Source: Paragordius varius
Lineage: Eukaryota; Animalia; Nematomorpha
Assembly: GCA_964247055.1 (NCBI GenBank)
Contig: OZ176052.1
Coordinates: 6,944,001 to 7,008,000 of the forward strand
Reading direction: 5' to 3'
Length of the DNA stretch: 64,000 nt
How positions within the stretch are numbered: the first letter of the stretch is position 1; each line of letters begins with the position of its first letter. The notes under the pieces were generated by a model. That model did not search any database. It was not told the DNA's origin and saw nothing but the letters and a program-made list of their open reading frames with translations. Below are positions 38,270 through 52,999 of this stretch, in pieces. The position numbers and the translations under genes are program-made.

Positions 38270-38731
38270 AATTCGTGCAAAAAATAAAATATTAACCAAT
38301 TAAAAATAGGCCAATCTTAGTTTTTTACCGAAAAATGAACAATATCTTTTCAATTATGGGTTTATTTTTACAGAGGGTACTATATCAAATTCTAAAATAA
38401 TTTGTTTGAAAAAAGGTAATTAACATATATTCATAAATAATTAATTTAATTTCAAAAGGCAGTACAAAAGTGGGAGCAGTACAATCGCAGTTTTTTTCTG
38501 AAAATCCAGTACTGTACTGCGAAAAAAGCAGCCTATCTGCATTACTGATTGCTTTCCTTTTTTAATATAGTTTATATTAATGTGCGCTATAAGCTTTTCG
38601 ATATCTAGCAATCATCACAAAAGTAAAAATGTTGTACCAGAATTTAATGGCTTGTAACCATAAAAAATGTTATAAATATTAAATGAACGTTATATTTCCT
38701 AATGTAATATTGGTATAAATAAGAAAATGCC

Positions 38732-39265
38732 TTGAACACTTCGATTCATTAGGATTTTTTAAAAACTAAAGTAGGAAACGGTCCCAATTTGAATTATGCT
38801 TCTATCCAAATAAAAATTATATAAATATGTTAAAATACCTAAATAAAATTTTGTTTTTAAAAAAAGTTCCATGTCAAACTACTTCAACGCCATTTTTAAT
38901 TTACAAAATTTTTGCAAAATATCGTCTTCATATAATTATAAGGTAAAAATAAAGCTTTTATCTGAATTGCAACTAAATAGAAAAATCGGGCTTTTTTGTA
39001 TTATTTTTCATTTTTATCATTGCAAACATGTCACGTTGACTAAATTTTTACCTTTCGGTTTTAGCTTAAAATAAGTAATATCAAGTATTTTTGAATAAAA
39101 TTTTGTATATATTACGGTTTTTTAATGTTATATAAGTGCAAAATTTTGCCATGGCTTCGATTTTTCCATATTTTTTAAAGAATTCAATTTTAAACAGGCC
39201 TGGACTATCTAACTACCCCGATTTAAATCGCAGGACCAAAAGGAATGTGTTGTATCCAGGTTTGA
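38732..39265 (+). mobile_element. MITE copy C (family of copies A/B), ending ~64 nt upstream of the TEX2 ATG
   Basis: Collinear with 30972-31517 (GAAACGGTCCCAATTT, ATGTCAAACTA, AATAAGTAATATCAAGTATTT, ATCTAACTACCCC, TGTGTTGTATCCA). Confidence 0.8.
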
Positions 39266-39329
39266 GCTTATTTTATTATTTTTAACATGCTTTAATATGA
39301 ATGTATAATAATTTGCTTGATTGGGCTAA

Positions 39330-42088
39330 ATGGAAAAGGATGATTTGGATAAATCTATAAAAGAAACACCACAAAGACCACCTTTGCCTAAAACAATGAC
39401 ACTGGAAGAAGAAAAAAAACTAGGAAAATTTGAAAATTTAGTCACTACGCTGGAACATAAATTTCGACATGATGGTTCCCATTTTCATGATAAGCAACAT
39501 CTATTAAATATAACTACATCATTTTCTGGACTAAAACAAAAACTTGGTAAAAAATTAGAAGAAACTGCTATACATTATCAAAACACTCATCCCGATAGTT
39601 CATTTGGCTCTACTTTAGAAAATTGGTCGCGTCATTTATCGAACGCTGAAACTACTGATGATGTTAAGGGAAAATTTTTGAAAAAAGATCACAATATAAT
39701 AGCAGCATATAATAAAGGCAAAGATGAAGTTATTACTGATACCAGACCTGATACTGATATTTTGGCTGATGAAGTTTTGATTAAGCCTGTTGTTAAAAAA
39801 GATTTGCTTGTTTCGGCAGTTAGGCCATCTTCTGTGGAACCTAACCTGGACAATCCAATAAAAACTGATATTGATCATGCTAATTTGCTAATAACTGACA
39901 CAGAACCTATTGTTGTTGGTGATGAGGCAATTCTTTTTCAACAACTGTCACAAGATACAAACAAAACTGATTTACTAACGCAGAATAACAATCATTCAAA
40001 TCAGGACAAATGTCATTGTTTAATCCCACATGGTTTGCCTTTACCTCATTTTTTATATGCGGTGTTAGAGAGTCGTTTAGCTGTATTGGTTCGTTCTGTA
40101 TTTTCTTACATTATTGGTTTTGGCTATAATACATACCCTTATGATAATTATGATGATACATCATACTCAAATGTTATAAAAAATCGCATCATCTCCCTTC
40201 TGACCCTTATTATCCTTTTGTTAAGCATTATAATTTATTGTATCATTAACCCAAACAATGGCGTTAATACAATTGCACTTGAACTAATTCATGTCACCTT
40301 CAAAGTTTTATCGTTTACAAACATTGTTTCGCTAGCGTTAACATTGGTGTCAGGTTTTATCCTTTGTTTCGTAGCACTGTATTGGTACAATGTTAGTTTT
40401 GGTACAACCTGTTTTAATTTAACCTCAACAAATACCCAATTCCAATCAAACCAACGACAACACTACACGCAATCATATTTGTTAAAGCGTGATTTTTGCA
40501 ACAATGTACCTAATGAACGGACGACCAACACTAATACTATGGAAAAAAGTATATAACTTTTTACAAAGTTCAGTAATTTACAAAAAGATATTAAATTACT
40601 CAATATAAATGTTTACATTTAGTATTTTCTGAAACCGATCTCAATAATGAAGCCCTAGATAAACGATACATGAGAAAACGTAATGCCTTCCGTGTTGAAA
40701 TGCATCAGGTAATTTTTAACATATCTTCCATTATACTAATCATTTTTGAGATTTGCTTTTTTACTTTGTTTTTCTTAATGATGATAAATTTGATAATAGG
40801 GGGTTGCATTTGATAAATTTTAAGTTAAAAAATTAATTATGCAATATTTTAAAAAATCGTTTTTAGAATTTAAATAACTTGGATATAACTTAAATTAATA
40901 AGCTAAAATTTTGGAATAAAAAAAATATATTTTTAGCGCAAATAATATAGTTTTGTTTTTAATGTTTAATAATATTATTTTAGATATGGATGAATGAATT
41001 GCCCTACAAATATGATTACGAAACTTATCGGGTTCAACAAACACACAGTGTTTTGGTTCGCCTTGAGGGTTGCATTCTCAAATTATCCAGTCCCAAAGTA
41101 CTTTTGTAACGTTAAAATCTATAAAATTTTAATGCATTAGTTTTTAATTTCTATGAATGGTAGTTGAATATTTTAACTGATCGACACTAAGTAAAAAAAT
41201 TATTTTAACGCTTTTTTATAAAAGATAATCGAGTTTCATATTTATATTGTTGTATATGACTTATATAGAAGTCATATATTTACCATTAATTTAACTTTAT
41301 AATTAATTTTTAAGGGTAAAATTTTAAAATCAATAACAATATTGTTGTAAGTATCCTATTTTTAAAATATTACTCCCTTCAATTTATATCTAATTCACCC
41401 TCGTTTCCTACCGTCTATAAATGAATCTCTTTACACTGTTTACACGAAAGATTTAATTTTACGAATAATTATAAATGACACAAATTATTTCCATATCCAT
41501 TTATAGCGTAATTTACCTAAACGACATTTATGGAATGAACGGGAAATTAATGCAAAAAATTTGACATACCTTTCCCACCGCGTGTTTGATTTAACTGGCT
41601 CCCTAATATATCTTGAACCAGAAGGTATATATATAATATGCATTTTAAGGGTTACATAATAAAACTTAATAGATGGTTAATTTGCAACTCAGTAGTGTAT
41701 GGAAAAACAACAAAATTTTGATTAAACAATTTTTTCCTATTTTGTTGTTTTTTTTCCATAGACTACTGTGTTTCGAATTACCCAACTATAGTTTGAAATA
41801 AGCAACTATTAAAATGTATTGGTTTTATTTTAAACTGAATATGTATTATATTAAACAATCTCTTGCCAATAAAATTATACAAAATATTTGCTGTAGATAT
41901 GCCGAAAAAAGTTTATTGGAACAAAAAATATCCAATTTGTATTCGATTGAAGAGTTTGCCACTTAACAAATACTCGACGCAAGAAACTATACATAGACCA
42001 AAGTTACATTCAAGTATTCAAAGTAAATAGAGTTATTTTTTCCATGTTATATATCTTAATGCGATAACGCATATTGCTGTGCATAACC

Positions 42089-42122
<34 letters not shown>

Positions 42123-45100
42123 GATATATAATTACTTAAACAATTATATTTTTCGAATAATAATTTGAGTCCTCAAAAAGTGCATTTAAAACTAAACTAT
42201 ATCAAAAATTTTCGTATATAAATCTATTTCAATGAATAAAATAATATAAAGAAAATGATATTATTAAATCGACAAAGAAATCAAATCTTTTTGTTACATA
42301 AAATATTCATTCATGTTGACAATATTAACAAAATAAATATATTTTTATCCAGGAAAAAAGGTCTAAACTCTCTAGTTTTTTTTCAAACACTAGGAATATA
42401 AATGTTTTTAAAAATTAACATTATATGTAAGGAATTGACGAAATTGAGAGGTAGGAGGTTTACCTTGTTATTTCTTTAAATATTTGCTTTTTTTTATTTA
42501 TTCATTTTCAGAAACCAGTGAAGAAATGATAAATATGAATGCGACACACCCTGCACCACAAATTGAGATTCAAAATGCCAGCATTACCCACGAAGATACG
42601 GATGATAATTCTTTGCACAATCCTGAAACATTACCCAAAGACCATATGATGTTATATTTGTTTTCACGCACTAATCGGGATAAACAGGAGTGGTTTTGGC
42701 GTCTGTTGCGTTCTGCCACAACCGTACAAACTATGATACCCCCTGGTATCACTGACATGAATGGAATGCCTAATCCAAGGTTATTTTTCTTCTGTGGTGC
42801 TATTTTTTGGTATTTTTGTTATTTTTTTCCATAATAATACTAATTTATTTTATTATTGTTTTATAGAAGACATCGGTATTCTCGAGATGATAGTATGCTA
42901 GATTTTGATAGAGACTCAACATTTTTGCAGCAATCATGGCTTGACAATGATAAAAATGGGACAATAAATAAACCTAAAGTTGATGAAAATAAATTAAAAT
43001 CCACAAACAGTAAAGAAAATTTGGCATCACATGACCATAAAACGGTATTTTCTATATGTTATATAATATATATAATATTTTCCATAAATATGGAACAAAG
43101 CAAATCTTTTTAGTTATATATTTAGAGAAGGAATGATTTTTTTAAAGATATAAATTACTATTTTAATGTCACTAATTTCTTTTAATAACATTTTGATTTG
43201 GACAATTGTTAAAATGGTAAAAAATATACAATTTTATTGATTATAAACTCATCATAATAGGTTTATATTTTAAAAATTTCCTTTGCATTGCGAATAATTA
43301 TTATTTTCCCAATTATATTTGCATAAAATCGAAATTAAATATATCACAAAATGTTTCGATTAATTTAATTTTGGTATAATTTAATAAATATTTCAGGTGT
43401 CACAAATTGAGGATGCAACCAATAAATTGGCGCGTTTATTTAAAAAGCATAGACATCATTCTTCACGCACTCCATCTCCGGATATTGACGGTAAACTTAA
43501 TAAATTTATACATCAAACAATAAACACAACAACACATGACGAAAATAATAATGAATTGATAATAGGTAATATATATCAATCAAAATAATTTGGATAACAA
43601 GTTTTAATCGGGTTATCGTTAAAAAATGTTAGTTTGACGGTAAAATTGTTTGAATTAACATGTTGTATGATTTAAAGGGGTTCTGAAATCCATCACATAA
43701 TCCCGATAAAATTGATATTTACAAATTAATTTTTTTTAAATATGTCTATCTAATTGGTAAGAATTAGATAAAATTGCTATTTTATATTTGCATTTTTGTT
43801 TGAAATCCAATAAATTCCTAAAAAATGCCCATATCTTTCGAATGCGCCGGGTTTTTTGAGTCAAAAATGTGGCCGTCGAAGCCATTTGTGTTGGACACTC
43901 CTGATCTAAATCAAAAGCCAGTTGCTAGGCATGTTAAGATTTAATATAATATCAAATTTTTGTAATTGCAATGACGCTAAAAATATATGTATCCAAAAAA
44001 AACTAAAATTTTTAAGATAATTTACTAAATTTTTTGCTTTCAAATGAAATAATAAACCATTACCTATTTTAACCGTGTACGCGGATTTATAACATTTTAT
44101 ACAAGAGCAAAATATTATAAAAATTATTATAAGAGGACTTAATATACTTATGGACAGGTAAAAATCATTATAACAATCATATATAATGTTTTTTTATCAC
44201 TCACATTTCCTATATTATTACTTTTTATATAATATATTGTTGAAAAAGATATGAATGAACCTCAAAATAAACAGCAGCAACCACAAGTTTTATCCCGATC
44301 ACGATCTCAAAGTTCAAGTCAAAATGTTAAAGAATCGAATTCTCCCAATACACCTGCTGGCATATTTTTTGACCCAACATGCTATCAAGATACAGTTTAT
44401 ATAAATTAATTTTTTTTAATTACTAAAAAAATGCCAAAAACTATATTTTGTATAATTTTTTTAGATATCATATTTTAGAAAAAAAATATTTTTATGTTTA
44501 GCAAGAACTGCGATTTTATTTATCACCATTGATATTTTCCAATGTTTTGGATACAAATATCCGTTTTCCACAATCATATCGGACTATAGGGAGCCATAAC
44601 CCAAAAGATAAAAAGACTCATGATTTGATGGATGCAAAGGTAGGTTATTTTTTTATGTTTAAACTATTTTATCGGGCAAATAAATAATTATTTTTGTTTA
44701 GAAACCTACTGTAAATGGAAACGTAAAATCACATCCCGACAATCAAAACACTTTATCTATTAATAATAATAAATCAAACACAGACTTATTATCACCAAAA
44801 ATAACCACCAATCGTAAACCGAATGATACAACCACCTCGGCATTCAATGTAAGAAAAATTTAATATTCAATAATACGTTACATTTATCATTTGGACTCTT
44901 AGCTGGGGTGTTTATTTTTGTTAAAACGGTTCTGACTCCAAAAAAAATTTTGTTTCGATTCCAGTGTATTTTGGTCAATTGGGTTTGGATTTTTATTCCA
45001 CTTTTCTTTACGGATAGCCTAATTATGTTGTTACAATATGGATAAGTGGCTACAAAAATTAAAATATTGAGCAACATAAAACTAATGTAATATGCTTCTT

Positions 45101-48100
45101 TTTCCTGAAAAATTAAAATATATTTACGAATTGAATTATCATTAGAGTCGAAAAAACCATTTAACCGTTTGTAATCTCGTTTCTTAGCCGTTTTTAGAAA
45201 GTTTTTCTTGGTTTAAATCGGTAAAAAAATCCCGTTAATATTCTAATCCCATCTTGTTTTATTCTCAACGATAGAATACAGAACCAGCGTCCGAAGATGT
45301 GTTGGAGCTTCAAACCCAAATCCTATATTCGAATCAGATTCACAATCAACTCTGTTGGTTGAATGCGTTGGTTGAAAGGGTTACTTGGGATATATTTCAT
45401 CGACATCACATGAGGGATCACATTGAGGCAAAAATAAAGCGCAAGCTTACAAAAGTTAAGGTATGCTTGTAGATTTTGTTGGTAATTAATATTGGATGCA
45501 TGGACATACAAATTAAATTTATGGTCAGTATGGCAATTGCATAATAAGAATTTTATTGAACATATTTTTTTATCCACATATAAAATGCCTTTCAAAATGA
45601 GTGAATTGTAAAAATCATAATCTGCAGATATTTGATTTATTTACTAAAAAAATCCCTAATATTCTCTAACGTATACGCATGGTTATTAAACTCTCTTTTT
45701 TCACTTTTAGTAAAGGAGAAAGGTTTAAATATTATAACTCGACACCTGTAAGCTTTAATGCTAGCATACTCAGGGTTGACAGTAGAAAGGACGAGTCTTA
45801 GGAATTTAACATCCTTACATAGTTAACAATTATCCGTTAAGTTCATCTTGAAAAATATTAATGAACAAATTTATATCATTGTTGTCACATAGCTGCCATA
45901 TTTTATTGAACCACTCACGCTCAAAAGTTTTGATACTGGGAGTGCTTTACCAACCCTTAACTTAGCAAGCAAACCCTGGACCGATGAACGAGGTATTTGG
46001 TGGGAATGTCTCGTTAGTTATGAAGCACCTTCTGGACCATTACTTTTAAATTCTAATACAACCACTAATAGCAATAATAATAATCAAAATAATAATGCGA
46101 CTTCTAGCATAAGTACAAAATTAGGTCTCAAATTCGGTGGGAATGCTGCCAAGAATTCTACAACGACAGAAAATGTCTCAATAAAAAATTTGGTTTCAAA
46201 AGATAATCCAAATGTAGCATTGGACAAGGATGCCACGACTAAGTTACTTGGTAGCAAGGCTAACGTGCCTGATAAAAATACAACCAATAATGGTATATTT
46301 TTTGGTTTTTATCTGCTTAACAGATTTTCTTTTATTTAAAACATATTCTAAGTTTCAGTTGTCTCTTAACTAGTTTTATTAAAAACTTTAAACCTACCTA
46401 TATAATGAATATAAATTAAAAAACATTAAAATTGGGCGAATGTTTTAATAAAGTAAAAATTCTACATGGATATACATATATATATATATGTATATAGCTC
46501 CCTCTTCCAAATCAACCGCTGCTAAACTATTTCACGGGCCATCTATTACACTCAGTACCAAGATTAATCTCATGAAATTAAAACAACAACACGGTGGCGG
46601 CACGAATGATACTTGTTCTGCCATTGGAAAGGAGTCATCTATACCAAATTATGATTCCTCTATATCTGATGATGATAGTATAACTAGCATGAATAATGTA
46701 GACGTCCCTTTACTTAATAATGAACAACAAAACGTTGTGTTTGAATTACAATCCATGCGTCAAATGCGATCAAAAAAATTCCCGGCTCCTCCCCTAACCA
46801 AAGATGGGCGTAAAAGGAAACGGTAGTTTTTTAATGCAGAATTATCAAAACTTGTAATAATTATCTCGTTTTTATCTTTAACTTTAAGTTTGGATTTTTG
46901 ACAGCTTTTCATTTATTATAATGTGTATCGAATTTAATAAGTTTTTTGTATATAAATTAAAATTAAGGTTATAAGAGCTAAAAAATCTAATGTCATTATC
47001 ATTATTAAACCATTATTTTGTGGATTAATTTATAATTTTAGGTTGAAAATAGTTAGAGATGTCGATTGTCAACACATATATTTTATTATAATGATAGAGT
47101 CAAGAAGAATAATAACAAGGATAAAATATAGTTTTTCTTATTATTAAAATCTTAGTCTTATACTTTTTCTCATTTTAATTTACTGTATTACTTTATTTAT
47201 TCGAATTTAGAACATGGGCTGAAAAAGGTTCGGATTCTGAAGATACCCCAGAATCTTCTTCAGAGGGTGAATCATTGCCATCTACGCCCAAAAGTGGAGC
47301 TTACCATAAAAAGTACGATTTTATCATACAATTACATTTTTATATGATTGCACTATTATATTAAATATTGCTACGGTTGAATCATTCGACGGTTATATAG
47401 TCATAATTAAAAGTGTTTATTACGAAATTACATAACTATAAAATAAAGGTAATAAAATTAAATAGAATGTAAAAAATGTATGATTAATTTTTGTATTATA
47501 ATAACCGCTAAAGAATAATTTGGTTATTGTTATAAACATATAATTTGTGGATGATGCATGTTTAATTTTTATATCGTTTGGAAATCCAAGTTTACTTATA
47601 ATATATTTAATTTTGGCTTTTTATGCGTTGATATTATCATTATATTTGCGTGGGCATTCAAAATAGTTAATTTATTTTATCTATAGAATTACAGATCTAA
47701 CAAAATCACCAATTAGACCACGTACATCATTAACATTGGATGATATCAATTTTGATAGAAATGAAAAATTTGGTTTTGATGAAACTTCTCCATTCGTTAA
47801 AAAACCCGATTCCCCAACCAAAAAAGAAATCGCTGAGAAAATAACTGAAATCCATGTTGTGAACGAAAACAAGGGAAAGAAAATACTCAAAATGGTGGAC
47901 AAATTAGCCACTTCAAAGTACATATATTTTAAATGGTTCGATTTAGGTATCTCCTATTGGATTAATTTAAAATTTATGATTATGATTTTTTTAGTTGCTT
48001 CTTAAAAATTATAATGTTTGAATCCTTCCAAAAAATTGGAGAAGCTGGTAATAATATAAAAACCAATTTACATACTTTATCCAAACAATTTCTAATTTTA

Positions 48101-49859
48101 TGGACTATATAAAATGCTCGACATCTATTATTTTCGATATTTGCATTTTTTATCGAATAGCGAAACGATAATATACGACATTACCCTAACACACTCATAC
48201 TAAAATTTTGTCCAAATAACGAATTTTTTTTGTTGGATCAAAATATATTTATATCAATAGGCTAATTAAAAAATTTACAGTTAATAATATCCGTTTTTCT
48301 TGCACAAATATTTTTGAATTTTATATATTGCCCTATATTATAAATGCTAATTGATTGTAACCTTGTGCCCAAGTTGTTAGGAGAAATGTTTTGGTTATGT
48401 AAATTGCACAAATTTATATTTTATTTATACGCTCATTAAAGATAGTAAATATAGACGAAATAGCGATATTAATATTTGTAATGATGTTTACACACACAGA
48501 TATTTCCAACAAGCGACCGATATGAAATACATAAAAAAGGGTATGGTTGCCGTATCAAATACTCCACTTGATCTCAATATCCAATTATTGCGTTTGGAAG
48601 GAATCGTTGTTTTTAATTTACCTAATCCTCCATCTGATCGCCTTTGGTATATAATTTTTTTCAATATCTTTTATCAGATTTTTCGGATATATTTAAAAGA
48701 AATGGTAATATTATATTGTAAAAAGGATACTAACTGTGAAATTAATTTATTTCTTTGAAATGATGAGGTGATTAACACTGACATTTATATTTTCAGTTAA
48801 TATTTGCTTATGATAAATTCATTAAGGTTTATATTTGCTATTACTTGATTTCTATCTGAGCAATCTAATCATATTTTACAAAAATGGTGCTGAAACATAG
48901 TTTTATCAAATTCCAGATTGTCAACTATTAAAAACCATATTTTAAACTAATAGTTTTTTGAATGCGTATAATTTTATAAAGACATGATTATTAAATCTTA
49001 GCTTTTTTAAAGTAAACCTGATTAATCGATTCATATAAAATATCTGATAATCTATTTATTTATAATATTTTAGGTATTTTATTAAAAAATAAAAAATTTA
49101 TTACAAAGATTCTTTTAATTCTTGACATTCATTTTTTGAAAAGCTGGTGTGTGGTTAGTATATCTAAAGTATTTTCAACTCAAACTTTGCACACTATTTA
49201 TTTTAAATATTAGGTATGGGTTTAAACCTAACCCTTTGCTCAAAGTTTCTGCCCAGCCGAAATTGGGTGCCAAATTTGTCAACATTTCACAGATTATTGA
49301 GTGGATTCAAAATACATTAACCAAAGAATTTGATGTAATCATACTATATCAATTATTTTTATCTTTATATCACATTAAATATCTGGTTAGTTTTACTATA
49401 ATTCGGGATTTTAGTTTTTATTGTTCTCTTATGTATATTCATTTTAATCATTTTTTAAAAGAGTTTGTGCAGAGCGTTTTATATTATATTATTTTTGTTT
49501 CAAATTCGTAGTAGGCGGCTACTTTTTTTAATATACCATTTCAAATTCACTCATGAACAATTCAAATTCACCCACATCATTTTTTTGGTTAAAATAACTC
49601 ATCATTATTATGAAATTTTATGGCGTAGTCTGTTATTTTTTTGTATATGTTTATTCTAAACGAAATTTTACTTTTAAAAATATAGCTGATTTTTAGTATT
49701 CAAAAACGCAATTTATTTTAGAGTAAATTTATATTCTTCGTATTAAAAGTTATCTATGTTGACAACTAAAAAATATTTGTCTTTTAGAAACTGCTTGTTT
49801 TACCAAACATGGATGATGTTATTATACCCATAATGAATTCTGGTCAAATTAATCCCTGA
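39330..49859 (+). CDS. TEX2: Testis-expressed protein 2 (TEX2/Nvj2 family): TM hairpin, PH-like domain and SMP lipid-transfer domain; 19 exons, ~1405-1430 aa
   Basis: Exons: 39330-40548, 40623-40708, 40984-41097, 41507-41624, 41897-42022, 42512-42779, 42867-43044, 43397-43490 (or -43565), 44249-44394, 44502-44639, 44702-44848, 45275-45460, 45893-46292, 46498-46822, 47211-47312, 47687-47917, 48500-48646, 49214-49334, 49788-49859; all GT-AG and in phase. Motifs WMNE...THSVLVRLEG, WNKKYPICI, LYLFSRTNRDKQEWF, WLNALVERVTWDIF, LPYFI, SNTPL...PNPPSDRLWYGF...PKLG, VLPNMDD. In-frame TAA directly before the ATG. Confidence 0.93.
40984..42779 (+). CDS. TEX2: TEX2 PH-like domain exons
   Basis: IWMNELPYKYDYETYRVQQTHSVLVRLEG; YLSHRVFDLTGSLIYLEPE; KKVYWNKKYPICI; LYLFSRTNRDKQEWFWRL. 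Confidence 0.9.
45275..49859 (+). CDS. TEX2: TEX2 SMP domain exons
   Basis: CWLNALVERVTWDIF...IKRKLTKVK|LPYFIEPLTLKSFDTG...; ITLSTKINLMKLK; SKYFQQATDMKYIKK...VSNTPL; DRLWYGF; LVLPNMDDVIIPIM. Confidence 0.92.
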
Positions 49860-52423
49860 TTTACAATATATATCATATGCAATACAATGTACGGCATTCC
49901 TTCTTATGGTTTTGTGGTCATTTAAATATTTATGCAATATTATATTGAATATATATAATAAAAAAAATATTAGTAATTTATGGTTTCATCATAATTAGCT
50001 AAATTTTTTAAAATCATATTTTAACCTATATAAATATTAATAATGTATTTGTATCGTATATTACATATATATTTATATTTTTAATAAATGTAACACAAAA
50101 TTCCTCAACATACCAAAACTATAGCTAATTATTAAAATAAATTGTTGACCTCTTATATAAATTTGTTGGAATAATTGATTATTTTTGCAACTTTTTTATT
50201 GAGCCCAATTATAAAATTTTTGAATTATTTATCCGGGATCCTATAATATGTAATAACGCTATAGTTACCATGTTTCAAATTAACAATTATTCAATCCTTC
50301 AAAATAACACAATAAATAGTATCGATAATTACTGTAAAAATAAAAGATATAAAGACAAATGAACACTTTATGTCAAATACGCATCAATTTATCAATTATA
50401 ATGTGAAAATTATCGCTTAGGTTTTTTTAATATTATCGGCCCTAATATTTGCGCACAATTTATAGTATAATGAAGCGTGATTATTACCCAATAGGCCCTC
50501 TCTCTCAATGTGTCATATTGCTGCATAACCATCAAAAATAAACCGTTTCAAAAAGAAGAATTAAAGGCTTTAACTAACAGAATGGAAACTGTTTTTGTGG
50601 AACCGGAACCATTAATTAGCCTTTTGAAACCAAATAATGTGTCCAAAAAATATTTCGTTTATAAATTAAAAGAGCGGTTTAAAAAGAATAATTTACAAAT
50701 TTTTCATATTTCTCAAATTTTATACTAGGTAAACCATGTTTTTTCTGTATTTTTGAAATCGTGTTTTTCGATTTTTCACATCAGCATATAACAAATTTTT
50801 ACAGTTGATTTTATACGCGTATATTTTGGTGCAATTTTATCCACATTTTTACAAAATAATAAATTTAAAAAATTGAAAATGAAGCTAGAAACTGACTGTA
50901 AATTAATTGATACAAATTATTACTTTGGCAAAAAAACTTTGAACTGAACCTAAGACAAAAAATAACTTTTAGAAAAATGCTTTAAAACGCATTCTATGGC
51001 CATACCAGCCATACCAGACCGTATGGAGTCGCGTAATACATTCACACAAAGTTATAAAAAATAGAAACATATAAAATTTTGATTAACCTAAACTCTGACT
51101 ATATTTCCCATAAAATCGATCATTTAAAATGGGTCATTTGTTAGGTTTTTGGTTAAAATTTAGTTTTTATATATGAAATTTGGAAAGGTTGAATTTTTCC
51201 AACATAAACGCAATTCTCTTTCCTGTTTGTTAGGATTTTGATAGAAAAAATTAACATTTATTGATTTGTATTGATCGTTAATATACTAAAAAAAATTAAA
51301 TTTTATGGCTCAAAAAAATGTTTGTTTTAATGTGTTTTATATTTTTAATAATTTAAACATTTGTTAGCTATCAACACATTTAAAAATATCATTACAAAGA
51401 ACATGATGAATAGATTTAGAAGATGTGCTCGTTACATAAAAAAATTCTGTATATTTCAGCACATCAAAAATTTTAATTCCGAAAAATGGTAAAAACTATT
51501 TTTAAATAATTTAATTTACATAATTTTGACACATAACAGGTAACAAACATTTAAACTGTGTTGATGCCAAAATTATTTATATAACTGAATATAATTAATT
51601 ATTTTTATTTTAAAATTTTTTCATTATGTTTTAATACATGATATTTACTTTTTTGTCATCAATGTTTAAAATTTCTGGTGTCTGTTCATGACATTTATGA
51701 ATCTATTTATGTTAATATTTTGATTTATGTAATAGGATACACTTTACCCTATCGAAACAAGTTCACTTAATGCAAGTACATCCAGAATTTTTTCTTATAT
51801 GACAGATTAAATTGTCAGGTTAAAAAAAAGAAACAAGTTTATTTTTGTTAAATAACATAATTGACATATTTTAACATTTTCCGACAAATCGCATTCCATT
51901 TTAAATATCTATCACATCATTTATTTACTCACAATTTTTCAATATTACAATCAATTTAACAAATTAACTTCGACATTTTATAAAATATTATAATTATGCT
52001 TTTCTTGCCGTATCCTCGTGCATTATATAAATTTTTATTAATCAAATTTTATTTAAATTTATATAGAGTATCTAATGACCATTGAAGTCCCTAATAAAAC
52101 GGGGTCTATTAAGAAATGTAAGAGTTTGTAAATTAACAACATAATGATATTTTTAATCCATATCATATATATCCATTTTAATTATTTTTCTTCCATTATA
52201 TAATAATTTGGATTTTTATTTGTCTAAATAGGGAATACCTTCAAAATAACTTTTAAGACACTCAAAAATTGACCGATTTTTTGGCATCTCATTTAAACAC
52301 AATGAATTATTTAGTCCTTCGTTACTATATGGGATTGTTTACCCAGACTGTCAAATATTTTAAAATACATGAATTGTTTGAGTATTAATATTATTTTTAA
52401 CAAAAATTAATATATTATTTTTG

Positions 52424-52918
52424 TTAAAACACTTCATCACCTTTTGGGATTGTTTTATATCCCAGTGCGATTTGTATTTAAAAAAGTATTAAAGGTATTG
52501 AGATAAATTTTAAAATATGCTTTTTTTAGTGTTTTAGTCGCATTATACAAAAACTATTTTTAAATAAATGTAAAATAAAAAATTCCTCATCTCAAACATT
52601 TTGCCGCCATTATTAATTTTTTTAAATGCTAATTTTAAACTGCTTTCAGGCTACATTATACTAGCAAAAACTTAATATATTTTGATTTTATTATTAGCTG
52701 TTAGCTTCTGTGTTATGGAGCTGTACCAATTTTAACCTCCAGAAGTCACAAAACTGTAAAAAATTTAAGCTGTTTTATCTAATACATGAGAACAATGTTT
52801 GATAATTATATTTTGACTTATATAACTTCCAAAAATATCGTTTATTTACGAAATTGAGCTCTGGGGTATAAAGTACCCCAAAAGGTATACTAGGACTGAA
52901 AAGGTAATAACGTGTTAA
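52424..52918. mobile_element. TTAA-type MITE, third subfamily
   Basis: Ends TTAAAACAC / GTGTTAA with subterminal inverted CCTTTTGGG...CCCAG / CTGGGG...CCCCAAAAGG. Confidence 0.65.
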
Positions 52919-52999
52919 ACCAAATGTTGTGAGAATAATGTGTGATAGTTTAATTTAAAATTATTTTAAAACGGATATAAATGGTGCATAATTAATATA

